The translations under genes were made by a program, and so were the position numbers. The notes beneath the pieces were generated by a model. That model saw only the letters and a list, made by a program, of their open reading frames with translations. It was not told the origin of the DNA and ran no database searches. A stretch of 64,000 nucleotides of DNA from Acidimicrobiales bacterium (GTDB lineage Bacteria > Actinomycetota > Acidimicrobiia > Acidimicrobiales > UBA8592). The DNA is taken from NCBI GenBank assembly GCA_965262315.1, contig CBDHFJ010000134.1, positions 11,534 to 75,533 on the forward strand, written 5' to 3'. Below, piece after piece: positions 37,041 through 48,837 of this stretch. The stretch's first letter is position 1, and the number at the start of each line of letters is the position of its first letter.

Positions 37041-37128
37041 ATGGCAGGCCGCCATCCGCTTCCGCCCTGCCGCCGAGCGCGGCGTGCGGTCCGGTTGCCG
37101 GCGGGAAACGACAGGAAAGGTGGGGCGC

Positions 37129-37686
37129 ATGCGAGAAGACATCCTCGACGCAGCGGAGGCCATCGTCGCGGACCAGGGCCTCGATCAACTCACCGTACGT
37201 GCGGTCGCGAAGGCCAGCCACTACGGAAAGTCGACGATCCACTCGCGCATCGGGTCGAAGGAGGAGCTGCTCGACGCCCTCGCGGACCGGATCATGGATC
37301 GCCACATCCTGGAGGTCTCAGCCCTCGTCGGCGGGCCGGACGACACGCGCCGTGCCCGGTTCCTGTTGACGAGCGACTTCATCATCGCGGAGCCGGAGCT
37401 GGCAGCGGCGATGTTCGGCCGCCCTCGCCCTCGTGACCTCGTGGCCTGGTCCAAGCGCTGGCTCGCCACCTTCAGCGACGAGCTGAGCCGTGATCTCGCC
37501 GAACGCGACGAAGCTGCGCTCGCAGAGGCGCTGTACCTGTGTCACCAGCGCATCGTCGCCATCATCCCCACCATCGCCGCGGCAGGCGACCGGGAGGTCG
37601 GTGCGAGGATGCTGCGCAGCACGTTCGAGCCGTTCACGCTCGTGGCCGCCGAACTCGAGACACTCCGGGCAGAAAACCCCTCCTGA
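37129..37686 (+). CDS. TetR family transcriptional regulator (paralogue 2)
   Basis: ORF 36931..37686 trimmed to ATG 37129 (AGGAAAGG RBS). MREDILDAAEAIVADQGLDQLTVRAVAKASHYGKSTIHSRIGSKEELL. Collinear with paralogue 1 along its whole length. Confidence 0.85.
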   Translation: MREDILDAAEAIVADQGLDQLTVRAVAKASHYGKSTIHSRIGSKEELLDALADRIMDRHILEVSALVGGPDDTRRARFLLTSDFIIAEPELAAAMFGRPRPRDLVAWSKRWLATFSDELSRDLAERDEAALAEALYLCHQRIVAIIPTIAAAGDREVGARMLRSTFEPFTLVAAELETLRAENPS

Positions 37687-37883
37687 CAGGCCCTTTTCCC
37701 GGGTCGATTGCCACTCGACCGGCACCGATTTCGGTTAGGTTCGGAGGCCGGGCAGCGCACGTCCGCAACCAGGTTGTCACCGGGCGTGAGCACACTCGTC
37801 GTGCCACCTCGCGACGACCGTGACGCCGGATCGTCGGCCGCCCGACCAGTCGAGCCCAGCCCAGCCCGGACCCAGGAGAGCCC

Positions 37884-40295
37884 ATGGCCCGCCAGGAGCA
37901 ACTGCTCCCGTTCGCCCGAGAAGTCGTCGATGTGCCGGTCTCCGACGAGATGTCGGAGTCGTTCCTCGCGTATTCGCTGTCGGTCATCACGGCACGTGCC
38001 ATCCCCGACGTCCGGGACGGTCTCAAGCCGGTGCAACGCCGCATCCTCTACTCCATGCTCGAAATGGGCCTCCGACCGGCCAACCCGCACCGGAAGTGCG
38101 CACGTGTGGTGGGGGACACGATGGGCAAGTACCACCCCCACGGCGACATGGCCATCTACGAGGCGCTGGTCCGCATGGGCCAGGACTTCAGCCGCATGAT
38201 CACCCTGGTCGACCCGCACGGGAACTTCGGGAGCCTCGACGACCCACCCGCCGCAGCCCGCTACACCGAGTGCCGCCTCACCGACGCCGCCATGGAGATG
38301 GTGCGCGAGATCGAAGAGGAGACGGTCGACTTCTATCCCACCTACGACGGTGAGAGCACCCAACCCAGCTGCCTGCCCGGCCTGCTCCCGAACCTGCTGG
38401 TCAACGGCACCAGCGGCATCGCGGTCGGCATGGCCACCAACATGCCGACGCACAACCTGGCCGAGGTGGCGAAGGCCATCGAGCTGGTCATGAAGAAGCG
38501 CCGCCCCAAGCCGACGGTGGACGAGCTCATGGCGCTCGTTCCGGGTCCCGACTTCCCATCGGGCGGCATCGTCATCGACGACGGGCTGCGCGATGCCTAC
38601 GAAACGGGTCGCGGCTCGTTCCGTATCCGGGCCCGCATGGAGTTCGAGAAGATCACCCGCAGCCGCCAGGGCATCGTGGTCACCGAGCTGCCGTACATGG
38701 TCGGCCCCGAGAAGGTCGTCAAGCGGATCAACGAGCTGGTCGTGTCCGGCAAGCTCGACGGTGTCGTGGATGCCAAGAACCTGTCCGACCGCAAGTCGGG
38801 GCTGCGTCTGCTCATCACGCTGAAGCCCAACGTGAATCCCGAGGCCGTCGTGGGTGAGCTCTACCGCCAGACCCCACTCGAGGAGAGCTTCGGCATCAAC
38901 AACGTGGTGCTGGTCGACGGTGTGCCCCAGACACTGGGCCTCTACGACCTCTGCCGGCACTACATCGAGCACCGCTTGGACGTGATCGTCCGGCGCACCG
39001 AGTACCGCCTCCAGCGGGCGCTCGACCGACTCCACATCGTCGAGGGCCTGATCATCGCGCTCGACAACATCGACCTCGTCGTGTCGATCATCCGCGGGTC
39101 GGCCGACGTCGACGAGGCCCGCACCCAGCTGTGCGAGCAGCTCGACCTCACCGAGATCCAGGCCACCCACATCCTCGACATGCAGCTGCGCCGCCTCACC
39201 GCACTGGAGATGCAGAAGATCATCGACGAGCGCGACGAGCTCGAGGCCCGCATCGACGAGTACCGCAAGATCCTGGGATCCGAGCAGCGCCGGCGCACCC
39301 TGGTGCTCAGCGAGCTGAGCGAGATCGTGGAGGTCTACGCCACCGAGCGTCGGACCGAGATCATCGGCATCGACGACGTCCCCGTGTTCGAAGACGTCCC
39401 GCTCCTCGACGAGGAGGAGATGCCCGACACCCCGTGTGTGATCACGCTGGCCACGTCAGGCGTGGTCGGGCGAGCACCCACCGAGGGCGCCAAGCGCACC
39501 GCTCCGGGTCGCCACGACGTCATCGCGGCCACCACCCTGTCGAGCACCCACGCGTTGGTGTTCGCCATCACCTCCGAGGGGCGGGCGATGGCCGTACGGG
39601 CAGCCGACATCGCCGAGGTCGGCGGGCGATCCCGGGGCACACCCGGCGACAAGCTCTTCGGCACCAACCGTGGCGAGGAGATCCTGACCGTCGTCACGCC
39701 GGGCGAGGAGAATCTCGTCATCGTCACGGCCGGCGGCGTCGCCAAGCGGATCGCTCCCGCTGAGCTGGCCGACACCAAGTCGGGCAGGACGGTGATCAAC
39801 CTGAAGGGCAACGACAAGGTCGCCGCCGCGTTCACGTGTCCTGACGGCATCGACGTGGTCATCGTCGCCTCCGACGCCCAGGCGCTGCGCACCGCGGTCG
39901 ACAGCATCAGCCTCCAGGGCCGGGGTGCCGGCGGCGTGGCCGGCATGAAGATCCGCGAGGGCGCCTCGGTGATCGGCGCCGGCGCCGCCCTGGGCGACGG
40001 CGCCGTGGTGACCGTGTCCGACATCGGGACGGCCAAGATCACCCCGTTCGAGGAGCTCGAGGCCAAGGGCCGCGGCGGCACGGGCGTCCGCATCACCCGC
40101 TTCACCAAGGAGAAGCGCCTCACCATGGCCACCGTGGTTGGCCCCGACGCCCTGATGGCCGTGATGGCCACCGACGACGACGACAAGAAGGCCGACCCCA
40201 CCCCGGTCGACCTGACGCTGGAACCCACCAAGCGGGACCTCGTGAGCGCCAAGACCGACCGTCGGATCCTCGCCGTCGGTGTGGGTCGCTGGTAG
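37884..40295 (+). CDS. parC: type IIA DNA topoisomerase subunit A, ParC-like (no GyrA-box seen)
   Basis: 803 aa. [28 protein letters not shown], and the catalytic Tyr context [11 protein letters not shown] find no QRRGGKG-type GyrA box at the start of the C-terminal domain. The subunit A gene precedes subunit B. Confidence 0.8.
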   Translation: MARQEQLLPFAREVVDVPVSDEMSESFLAYSLSVITARAIPDVRDGLKPVQRRILYSMLEMGLRPANPHRKCARVVGDTMGKYHPHGDMAIYEALVRMGQDFSRMITLVDPHGNFGSLDDPPAAARYTECRLTDAAMEMVREIEEETVDFYPTYDGESTQPSCLPGLLPNLLVNGTSGIAVGMATNMPTHNLAEVAKAIELVMKKRRPKPTVDELMALVPGPDFPSGGIVIDDGLRDAYETGRGSFRIRARMEFEKITRSRQGIVVTELPYMVGPEKVVKRINELVVSGKLDGVVDAKNLSDRKSGLRLLITLKPNVNPEAVVGELYRQTPLEESFGINNVVLVDGVPQTLGLYDLCRHYIEHRLDVIVRRTEYRLQRALDRLHIVEGLIIALDNIDLVVSIIRGSADVDEARTQLCEQLDLTEIQATHILDMQLRRLTALEMQKIIDERDELEARIDEYRKILGSEQRRRTLVLSELSEIVEVYATERRTEIIGIDDVPVFEDVPLLDEEEMPDTPCVITLATSGVVGRAPTEGAKRTAPGRHDVIAATTLSSTHALVFAITSEGRAMAVRAADIAEVGGRSRGTPGDKLFGTNRGEEILTVVTPGEENLVIVTAGGVAKRIAPAELADTKSGRTVINLKGNDKVAAAFTCPDGIDVVIVASDAQALRTAVDSISLQGRGAGGVAGMKIREGASVIGAGAALGDGAVVTVSDIGTAKITPFEELEAKGRGGTGVRITRFTKEKRLTMATVVGPDALMAVMATDDDDKKADPTPVDLTLEPTKRDLVSAKTDRRILAVGVGRW

Positions 40296-40311
40296 GGGGG
40301 TCCAGGAAACG

Positions 40312-42345
<2,034 letters not shown>

Positions 42346-42360
42346 GCAGGACCTGATTCG

Positions 42361-42933
42361 GTGCTGATCAAGCGAGTCATCCTGGATCGGATCGCCGCCG
42401 GTGAGGTCGACCTGGTGTTCCGGCGCTGGCGGAAGCCCACCGTGAAGGCCGGCGGTCAGCTGCGGACCTCGGTTGGCATGCTCGACATCGTCGCGGTCGA
42501 CAAGCTCGGTGCCGGCCGGGTCACGGCGGCGGATGCGAAGCGCGCCGGGTACGAGAGTCGAGCGGCGCTGCTGCGTGACCTCGACTCGCGCCCGGAGGGC
42601 GACATCCACCGGATCGAGGTCAGGCTCGGGGGCGAGGACCCACGGATCGCACTCCGGAACTCGACCGACCTCTCCGACGACGAGCGAGCTGAGCTGGACA
42701 CACGGCTGGCCCGCCTGGACAAGGCCTCGAAGACGGGGCCGTGGACACGGACCTACCTGGAGCTGTTGGCGGACAACCCGCATGTGCGCGCCGAGGACCT
42801 GGCCGATGGCCTCGGGCTCGACAAGCCGACGTTCAAGAACAACGTGCGCAAGCTCAAGGCGCTGGGGTTGACCATCAGCCACTCCCCCGGGTACGAAGTG
42901 TCACCCCGCGGCCTGACGTATCTCGACCGCTGA
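42361..42933 (+). CDS. hypothetical protein, ASCH-like N-terminal barrel + C-terminal winged-helix-like region
   Basis: 190 aa, GTG start. [26 protein letters not shown] resembles ASCH-type proteins. The C-terminus [27 protein letters not shown] looks like a wHTH. Both assignments are weak and from memory. Confidence 0.4.
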   Translation: MLIKRVILDRIAAGEVDLVFRRWRKPTVKAGGQLRTSVGMLDIVAVDKLGAGRVTAADAKRAGYESRAALLRDLDSRPEGDIHRIEVRLGGEDPRIALRNSTDLSDDERAELDTRLARLDKASKTGPWTRTYLELLADNPHVRAEDLADGLGLDKPTFKNNVRKLKALGLTISHSPGYEVSPRGLTYLDR

Positions 42934-42952
42934 CGCCACCGGAAGGGGAACC

Positions 42953-43570
42953 GTGGAGTACTTCGCCCAGGCAGCCGATCATCGGCGGCGCATCGCCGAC
43001 ATCCTCGAGACGCTCGACGAGGCACAGCTGGCAACGGCCAGCATGTGCGAGGGCTGGACGGTCCAGGACGTGGCCGGCCACCTCACGGCGGGGTGGAACA
43101 TCGGCAAGCTGCGGTTCATCTGGGGGGTCCTCAAGGAGCGCGGCGACTTCCACACGGCCAACGTCAAGTTCGGCAGGCAGCTCGGTGCCCGGCCCGCCGC
43201 CGAGATCGCAGCGGACCTGCGCGCCAATGCGGACGACCGGTTCACTCCCCCGGGCATCGGCTCGGAGGCACCGCTCAGCGACGCCTGGATCCATGCGCAG
43301 GACATGTTCGTGCCGCTCGAGATCGACTACCCGGTCGCCATCGACGACGTCATGCCCATCGTCGACCTCATGGTGGATCCCAAGTCCCGCAGGGTGCGTG
43401 GCAACGACCTCGACGAGAAGTACTCGTGGCGAGCCACCGACACCGACTGGGCGCACACCAACGAGGGCAAGCCCGAGGTGACCGGCCCGATGGCCGCGAT
43501 CGTCCTGGCCCTCTATGGACGCGGCAACTGCTGGGGTGTGCTGACCGGTCCGGACGGCACGCCGATCTGA
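42953..43570 (+). CDS. DinB-like / mycothiol-dependent maleylpyruvate-isomerase N-terminal-domain family protein
   Basis: 205 aa, GTG start with GGAAGGGGA RBS. LDEAQLATASMCEGWTVQDVAGHL is the typical family N-terminal block. Confidence 0.6.
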   Translation: MEYFAQAADHRRRIADILETLDEAQLATASMCEGWTVQDVAGHLTAGWNIGKLRFIWGVLKERGDFHTANVKFGRQLGARPAAEIAADLRANADDRFTPPGIGSEAPLSDAWIHAQDMFVPLEIDYPVAIDDVMPIVDLMVDPKSRRVRGNDLDEKYSWRATDTDWAHTNEGKPEVTGPMAAIVLALYGRGNCWGVLTGPDGTPI

Positions 43571-43637
43571 TCAGCCCCCGGCCGCCCCGGCATCGCTGCT
43601 CGCCAGCGGTCGGGCGGGACCTGGGTGCCGTGTCGGA

Positions 43638-44099
43638 TCAGCGGCCGTGCTTGGCCGGACCAGTGCGGCCCGGCCCGTCGATCAGCCGCGTGGTGGGTCC
43701 GGTCATCTGCTCGCCGCACTTGTCGCAGTGCAGATGCGGCGTCGCCGGCTGGCCGCAGGAGTGGACCAGCACGGTGGGCGGGCCACCCGGGGAGTTCCAC
43801 CGGTCGCCCCACTGCATGATCGCCACCAAGACCTCGTAGAGGTCGGCGCCCTTCTCGGTCAGCCGGTACTCGTGGTGGCCGGCCTCCACGGGCACACGAT
43901 GGAGGATGCCTCCCTCGACCAGGGTGTTGAGCCGGTCGGTGAGGATGTTGCGGCTGATGCCCAGTTCCTCGCGCATGGTCTCGAAGCGGTGGTGTCCGAA
44001 GAACACCTCGCGGATGACGAGCAGCGACCACCACTCGCCGACGAGCTCGAGTGAGCGGGCGATGGAGCATTCGAGATGGGCGACGGAACTTCGCTTCAT
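43638..44099 (-). CDS. HxlR-family transcriptional regulator with C-terminal Cys-rich extension
   Basis: ORF trimmed to ATG 44099 (MKRSSVAHLECSIARSLELVGEWWSLLVIREVFFGHHRFETMREELGISRNILTDRLNTL). The tail contains HSCGQPATPHLHCDKCG. Confidence 0.8.
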   Translation of the reverse strand: MKRSSVAHLECSIARSLELVGEWWSLLVIREVFFGHHRFETMREELGISRNILTDRLNTLVEGGILHRVPVEAGHHEYRLTEKGADLYEVLVAIMQWGDRWNSPGGPPTVLVHSCGQPATPHLHCDKCGEQMTGPTTRLIDGPGRTGPAKHGR

Positions 44100-44109
44100 G
44101 CATCCCACT

Positions 44110-44166
44110 CTAGTTGCTTGACGAGACTGGATGATTCTGCAAGAGTCAGTCCCGTTACGCAACTAG
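44110..44166. promoter_or_regulatory. divergent promoter region with 8-bp perfect inverted repeat CTAGTTGC ... GCAACTAG
   Basis: Arms at 44110-44117 and 44159-44166 in the locally AT-richer 98-nt gap between hxlR-like (minus) and the tautomerase-like operon (plus). Contains TTGACG. Confidence 0.3.
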
Positions 44167-44197
44167 CCCGGTCGCCCCGGGCACGCACGGAGATGCC

Positions 44198-44527
44198 ATG
44201 AGTCACTTCAGCTGCCTGATCCAGGCAGACAGCACCGCCCACCAGCGCACCGACGAACTCGAGCGGCGCCTCGCCGAGCTCCACGGTGCCCACTACCCGG
44301 GCGAGCAGGCCGACGTCGTGTTCCGCCCCGTCCCCATCGGCGCGATGTTCACCGAGGGTCGTCAGAGCACCTCGTCGATCATCACCTGCGCGGTCGACCA
44401 TCCGACCGAGTTCGAGGCCCGCGAGCGCTACATGCGCGGCGTCTGCGACCTCTGGACCGACATCACCGGCTGCACCGATCACGAGATCGTCGTCGCCGTC
44501 ACCGACCCGACGACCAGGGAGAACTGA
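44198..44527 (+). CDS. hypothetical protein, first gene of the tautomerase/SnoaL operon
   Basis: 109 aa. GGAG RBS. High GC3. No motif I can name. Confidence 0.45.
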   Translation: MSHFSCLIQADSTAHQRTDELERRLAELHGAHYPGEQADVVFRPVPIGAMFTEGRQSTSSIITCAVDHPTEFEARERYMRGVCDLWTDITGCTDHEIVVAVTDPTTREN

Positions 44528-44529
44528 TC

Positions 44530-44934
44530 ATGCCCTTCTACCACGCCACCATCCGCCCGGGACTCCTGCCCGCGGCCCAGCGAGAGGGCTTCGCCAACGA
44601 CGTCGTCGAGGTCCACTGCGGTGTGACCGGCGCACCGCCGTCGTTCGTCCACGTGCTGGTCACCGAGGACACCGCCGGCACCCTCCCCGAGGGCGCCAAC
44701 GCCATCGTGGCCGGCACCATCCGCGCCGGCCGCACCACAGCGCAGAAGGCCGAGATCATCGATCGACTCAACGCCGCGATGGCGCAGCGCAGCGGGAACG
44801 CGGTCGCCACCGTCTCCACCACGATCCGCGACGTCCAGGCCTCGTACACCATGGAGGGCGGCGAGGTGCTCCCCGAACCCGGCTCACCCGAAGAGGAGCG
44901 CTGGAAGGCGATCGGAAGCACGGTGGAGTCATGA
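44530..44934 (+). CDS. tautomerase-superfamily protein (N-terminal Pro1)
   Basis: 134 aa beginning MPFYHATIRPG. A Pro directly after the initiator Met is the catalytic hallmark of 4-OT-type tautomerases. Overall size and pattern fit the long-form family. Confidence 0.55.
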   Translation: MPFYHATIRPGLLPAAQREGFANDVVEVHCGVTGAPPSFVHVLVTEDTAGTLPEGANAIVAGTIRAGRTTAQKAEIIDRLNAAMAQRSGNAVATVSTTIRDVQASYTMEGGEVLPEPGSPEEERWKAIGSTVES

Positions 44935-45434
44935 CCACCGTCGACACCACCCCTGCCCCCGGGGCCTCGATCGACGTGGCCGGACTCCGCCAGGACCACT
45001 GGTCGGCCGACGAGCTGCGCAACGTCGAGGTCGTCGCCGAGTTCATCCAGCTCCTGATGATCGACCACGACCTCGACGGCGTGCGGGAGCGCTTCGGCGA
45101 CAGCCCGTACGTCCAGCACAACCACTCGATTCCCGACGGGATCGAAGGGCTGCTCGGCACGATCCAGACGCTCGTCAAGCGGTTCCCCGACTACACCTAC
45201 GACGTCAAGCGCATCTCGGTCGACGGCGATGTGGTCACGTTCCACTCCCACGTCACCATGCGGGCCAAGCACCGCGGCAACGGCCGCAAGGGACTGAACA
45301 TCATCGACAGTTGGCGCGTGGTCGACGGCCTGATCGGCGACCACTGGGACGCGGTCCAGCCGCTGGACCGTTCGATGCGCCTCTACGCGCTGCTCACCGG
45401 AGGCCGCGTCCGCAACGACAACGGGACGTTCTGA
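44931..45434 (+). CDS. SnoaL-like / NTF2-fold protein
   Basis: ATGA overlap at 44931-44934. 167 aa. NVEVVAEFIQLLM..YVQHN...DGDVVTFHSH...IIDSWRVVDGLIGDHWD is typical of SnoaL-like cyclase-fold proteins. Confidence 0.6.
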   Translation: MTTVDTTPAPGASIDVAGLRQDHWSADELRNVEVVAEFIQLLMIDHDLDGVRERFGDSPYVQHNHSIPDGIEGLLGTIQTLVKRFPDYTYDVKRISVDGDVVTFHSHVTMRAKHRGNGRKGLNIIDSWRVVDGLIGDHWDAVQPLDRSMRLYALLTGGRVRNDNGTF

Positions 45435-45447
45435 GCCCCGGCACGAC

Positions 45448-46137
45448 TCACGCCAGCGCGGCGTCCACCGCGGCCAGGGCATGCAGCCGTGCCGTCGGGA
45501 AGTACGGGACGGGGAGATCCTCGGCCTGCACCAGCAGCTCGATCTCGGTGCACCCGGCGATCACGCCGGTGGCCCCGGCGGCCGTCAGCCGCTCGATCGC
45601 CTGCAGGTAGGCCGCCTTGGAGGCCTCGGTGATGTGGCCCTGGACGAGCTCGGCGAAGATCACGTCGTGGATCGTCGTGCGGTCGGGTTCGTCGGGGATG
45701 CGGACGTCGAGACCCCGAGCGGCGAGCCGATCGCGGTAGAAGGGCTGTTCCATCGTGTAGCGCGTGCCGAGGAGAGCGACGGACTCCACACCGGCGGCGA
45801 TCACCGCATCGGCCGTCGCGTCGGCCAGGTGCAGGAACGGCACATCGATGGCGGCCTCGATGGCCGGCGCCACGATGTGCATCGTGTTGGTGCACAACAC
45901 GATCAATTCGGCCCCGGCCGCCTGCAGCGCTGCGGCATCACCGGCCAACAGTGCTCCGGCGCCGTCCCAGTCACCTGCCTGCTGGAGCGCCTCGACCTCG
46001 TGGAAGTCGTAGGAGCGGATGACCAGGTCGGCCGAGTGGGTGCCGCCGCGCCGACGCCGCACCTCGGTGTTGATGATCCGCTCGTACTCGATCGACGACT
46101 CCCACGACATCCCGCCCAGGAGCCCGATCCGCTTCAC
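45448..46137 (-). CDS. aspartate/glutamate racemase family protein
   Basis: 229 aa, GTG start. KRIGLLGGMSWESSIEY ... VLCTNTMH ... IAGCTEIELLV (the two catalytic Cys regions). Confidence 0.85.
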   Translation of the reverse strand: MKRIGLLGGMSWESSIEYERIINTEVRRRRGGTHSADLVIRSYDFHEVEALQQAGDWDGAGALLAGDAAALQAAGAELIVLCTNTMHIVAPAIEAAIDVPFLHLADATADAVIAAGVESVALLGTRYTMEQPFYRDRLAARGLDVRIPDEPDRTTIHDVIFAELVQGHITEASKAAYLQAIERLTAAGATGVIAGCTEIELLVQAEDLPVPYFPTARLHALAAVDAALA

Positions 46138-46138
46138 G

Positions 46139-46567
46139 TCAGACGCCCCACTTGAACGTCATCACGACCAGCATGACCGTCAGGCTCAGATGCATGACAC
46201 CGTTCAGCATCGGTTTGCGGTCCGACATGTCGGGCAGGGGCGACCAGGCCGGCGGATAGGCGAGGGCGGCGGCCCCGGTGGCGATCAGCCACACCGGCCC
46301 GGCGATCGCGAGCCAGGTCTGGGAGAAGTCGTACACGTCGCCGCTCAACCCCACCAACGCACCGCCGAACACCCCGGTCGCCAGGAGTGAGGGCGCGAGG
46401 ATCGAGGCGATGGCGTCGTCGAACGCACCGATGTCGGCGCCGGCCCGGCGAGCCCGACCGGCCACGAACGGCACCACGAATGCGGCGCCGGTGCCGAGGA
46501 TCACCGAGATGATGTGCAGCAGGTAGACGATGTCGTAGGGCGTGTCGTTGATCGCGGCGAGCACCAC
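46139..46567 (-). CDS. small integral membrane protein (4 predicted helices)
   Basis: 142 aa, strongly hydrophobic. Its stop is 1 nt from the racemase start, so the two are likely co-transcribed. Confidence 0.6.
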   Translation of the reverse strand: MVLAAINDTPYDIVYLLHIISVILGTGAAFVVPFVAGRARRAGADIGAFDDAIASILAPSLLATGVFGGALVGLSGDVYDFSQTWLAIAGPVWLIATGAAALAYPPAWSPLPDMSDRKPMLNGVMHLSLTVMLVVMTFKWGV

Positions 46568-46639
46568 GGGGAATCCTCCGGTGGAAGCGTTGTCGGTCAG
46601 CGCTTCAGTCTGTCACAGCGACCTGATAGAACTACAACC

Positions 46640-47554
46640 GTGGAATTCGATGCCGCCGACCTCAACGACAGCGGGGATCCGCCCGTCGGCGAGCCGCGGG
46701 ACCCGGACTCCCCCGAGCGCGAGGACGGGCTGCCCAGATACCTGTCGCCATCCAGCGCGTCGATGTTCCAGGAGTGCCCACGACGGTGGAAGCACCGCTA
46801 CATCGACCGCCTGCCCGACCCGCCCGGCGAGCCGGCGTTGGCCGGCACCTTCGCCCACCGGGTGCTGGAACTGTTGCTGCAGGAGCGGCCCGAGCGCCGC
46901 ACCCAGGACCGCGCCAAGGAGCTCGCCCGCGAGGTCTGGCCCGAGATGGAGGCCGACGAGGACTTCCGGGCCCTCCGCCTCAGCGACGATCAGGGCCGAG
47001 CCTTCCGCTGGCGCACGTGGCTGGCCATCGAGGGGCTGTGGGCCCTCGAGAATCCGTCCGAGGTGGTGGTCGAGGCCACCGAGCAGGACGTGCGGGTGGA
47101 GATCGGCGGGGTCCCCTTCCGCGGCATCGTCGACCGGGTCGACGTCGAGACCGACGGCCTGGTGATCGCCGACTACAAGTCCGGCCGCGCCCCCGCACAA
47201 CGGTTCGAGGAAGGGCGGCTCGCGCAGGTGCTCCTGTACGCCGCGGCCGTCGCGTCGTTGTCCGGCATCCGACCGGCGCGGGCCCGCCTGCTGTACCTGA
47301 ACCAACGCATCGTCGAGGTCGACGTCACCGAGGACAACCTCGCCGAGGTCACCGCCACCCTCCAGGACACCTGGGAACGGCTCCAGGCCGCGTGCGCGTC
47401 CGGTGAGTTCGAGGCCTGCACCGGGCCGCTGTGCGCATGGTGTCCGTTCCTGGCCCACTGCCCCGAGGGTCAGGCCGAGGTCACGACACGGGCCAGCCAG
47501 GGTCGGGTGCGCCATGACGCACCGGGCTTGGCCATCGTCGCCAAGGCCAGCTGA
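46640..47554 (+). CDS. PD-(D/E)XK nuclease, RecB/Cas4-like with Fe-S Cys cluster
   Basis: ORF trimmed to GTG 46640. FQECPRRW (N-terminal Cys), GIVDRVD ... IADYKSGR (D..DxK), QVLLYA (QxxxY), and the C-terminal CTGPLCAWCPFLAHC (CxxCx5C). Confidence 0.75.
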   Translation: MEFDAADLNDSGDPPVGEPRDPDSPEREDGLPRYLSPSSASMFQECPRRWKHRYIDRLPDPPGEPALAGTFAHRVLELLLQERPERRTQDRAKELAREVWPEMEADEDFRALRLSDDQGRAFRWRTWLAIEGLWALENPSEVVVEATEQDVRVEIGGVPFRGIVDRVDVETDGLVIADYKSGRAPAQRFEEGRLAQVLLYAAAVASLSGIRPARARLLYLNQRIVEVDVTEDNLAEVTATLQDTWERLQAACASGEFEACTGPLCAWCPFLAHCPEGQAEVTTRASQGRVRHDAPGLAIVAKAS

Positions 47555-47627
47555 CGCCACCTGCCCCGGGGGGGGTGGGAGCAGGTCGCGAGGCACGGCT
47601 GCCCCGACCCTTCGGTAGGGTTCGCGC

Positions 47628-48152
47628 ATGCCAACCCTCGTGCTCACCGCCATCGGTGACGACCAGAGCGGACTCGTGGACGCCCTGTCCGGGGTGATCG
47701 CCGCACACGGCGCCAGCTGGGACCGCAGCCACATGAGCCACCTCGCCGGGAAGTTCGCCGGGATCGTGCAGGTCAGCGTGCCCGACGGCCGAGTCGACGA
47801 ACTCGTCGCGGCCCTGACTCCACTCCAGGACCAGGGCCTCCTGGAGATCACGGCGTCCCGCGCCCCCGACGCCACCGTGGTCGACCAGTCCCGCATGGTC
47901 ACCCTCGAGCTGGTGGGCCAGGACCGTGTCGGCATCATCCACGACCTGTCGCATGCGCTCGCCGGCCTCGGCGTCAGCATCCACGAACTGCAGACCGCCA
48001 CAACCAACGCACCGATGGGCGGCGGCACCCTGTTCGAGGCCCGAGCCTTGTTGGAGGTTCCGGGTTCGATCGACGCCGGGGCCTTGCGGACGACCGTCGA
48101 ACAGCTCGGCAACGAGCTGATGGTCGACATCGATCTCGACGCCGGCGCCTGA
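47628..48152 (+). CDS. tandem ACT-domain protein (GcvR-like)
   Basis: 174 aa. LVLTAIGDDQSGLVDALSGVIAAHG and LELVGQDRVGIIHDLSHALAGLG are two ACT-type beta-alpha-beta starts. Confidence 0.65.
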   Translation: MPTLVLTAIGDDQSGLVDALSGVIAAHGASWDRSHMSHLAGKFAGIVQVSVPDGRVDELVAALTPLQDQGLLEITASRAPDATVVDQSRMVTLELVGQDRVGIIHDLSHALAGLGVSIHELQTATTNAPMGGGTLFEARALLEVPGSIDAGALRTTVEQLGNELMVDIDLDAGA

Positions 48153-48167
48153 GGAGACGACGCGACC

Positions 48168-48830
48168 ATGAAGCCGGTCTGGGACCTCCCACTCGACCCG
48201 AGCGGCATCGAGGTCGAGCTCGACAACGGCACCCACGTCCGGATCCGTCCCGGACGGCCCGATGATCGGGCCGCGCTGATGGAGGCGTTCGAGCGCTTCT
48301 CGGACACCTCGCGCTACTACCGCTTCTTCAGCGCCAAGCCCCAGCTGAGCGATTCCCTGGCCACCTCGCTCAGCCAGGTCGACGACGAACACCAGCTGGC
48401 CTGGGCGGTGTTCGACCCCGACCAACCCTCGCCGGTGGGCGATGCGTCTGGCCTCGCGATCGCGTCGGCCCGCCTGTTCGTGAGCGCCGACGAACCAGGC
48501 ATCGCCGAGGGGACGCTCGCCATCGTCGACGACTACCAGGGTCGTGGTCTCGGCCGCTTCCTCATCGAGCTCCTCATCTCCACGGCGGCGATCGACAACC
48601 TGGTGACGGTCCGCTTCGAGGTCCTGGCGAGCAACCGCGCCATGCGAGCGTTGCTCGGCAAGGTGGGCGCACACGGCCAGGCCCTGCCCGATGACCCCAC
48701 CGTGATCCGCTACGACATGCCGGTCCCCTCGCTGGACGACGTCGACCCCACGGTCGGCGCCCTCTACGTCCTCCTGCGTCGGGTCGGCCAACGCCGCCAG
48801 GGCACCGACGCCGCCCACGAGGACGGCTGA
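48168..48830 (+). CDS. GNAT family N-acetyltransferase
   Basis: 220 aa. GAGGAG RBS. YYRFFS ... IVDDYQGRGLGRFLIELL (the Q/RxxGxG acetyl-CoA site). Confidence 0.75.
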   Translation: MKPVWDLPLDPSGIEVELDNGTHVRIRPGRPDDRAALMEAFERFSDTSRYYRFFSAKPQLSDSLATSLSQVDDEHQLAWAVFDPDQPSPVGDASGLAIASARLFVSADEPGIAEGTLAIVDDYQGRGLGRFLIELLISTAAIDNLVTVRFEVLASNRAMRALLGKVGAHGQALPDDPTVIRYDMPVPSLDDVDPTVGALYVLLRRVGQRRQGTDAAHEDG

Positions 48831-48837
48831 GCCGGCC

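Noticed and set aside
47568-47575. G8 homopolymer (CCCCGGGGGGGG) just after the nuclease stop
   Set aside because: It is too short to form a G-quadruplex on its own and there is no flanking symmetry beyond CCCC/GGGG. Noted only as a likely sequencing-error hotspot.
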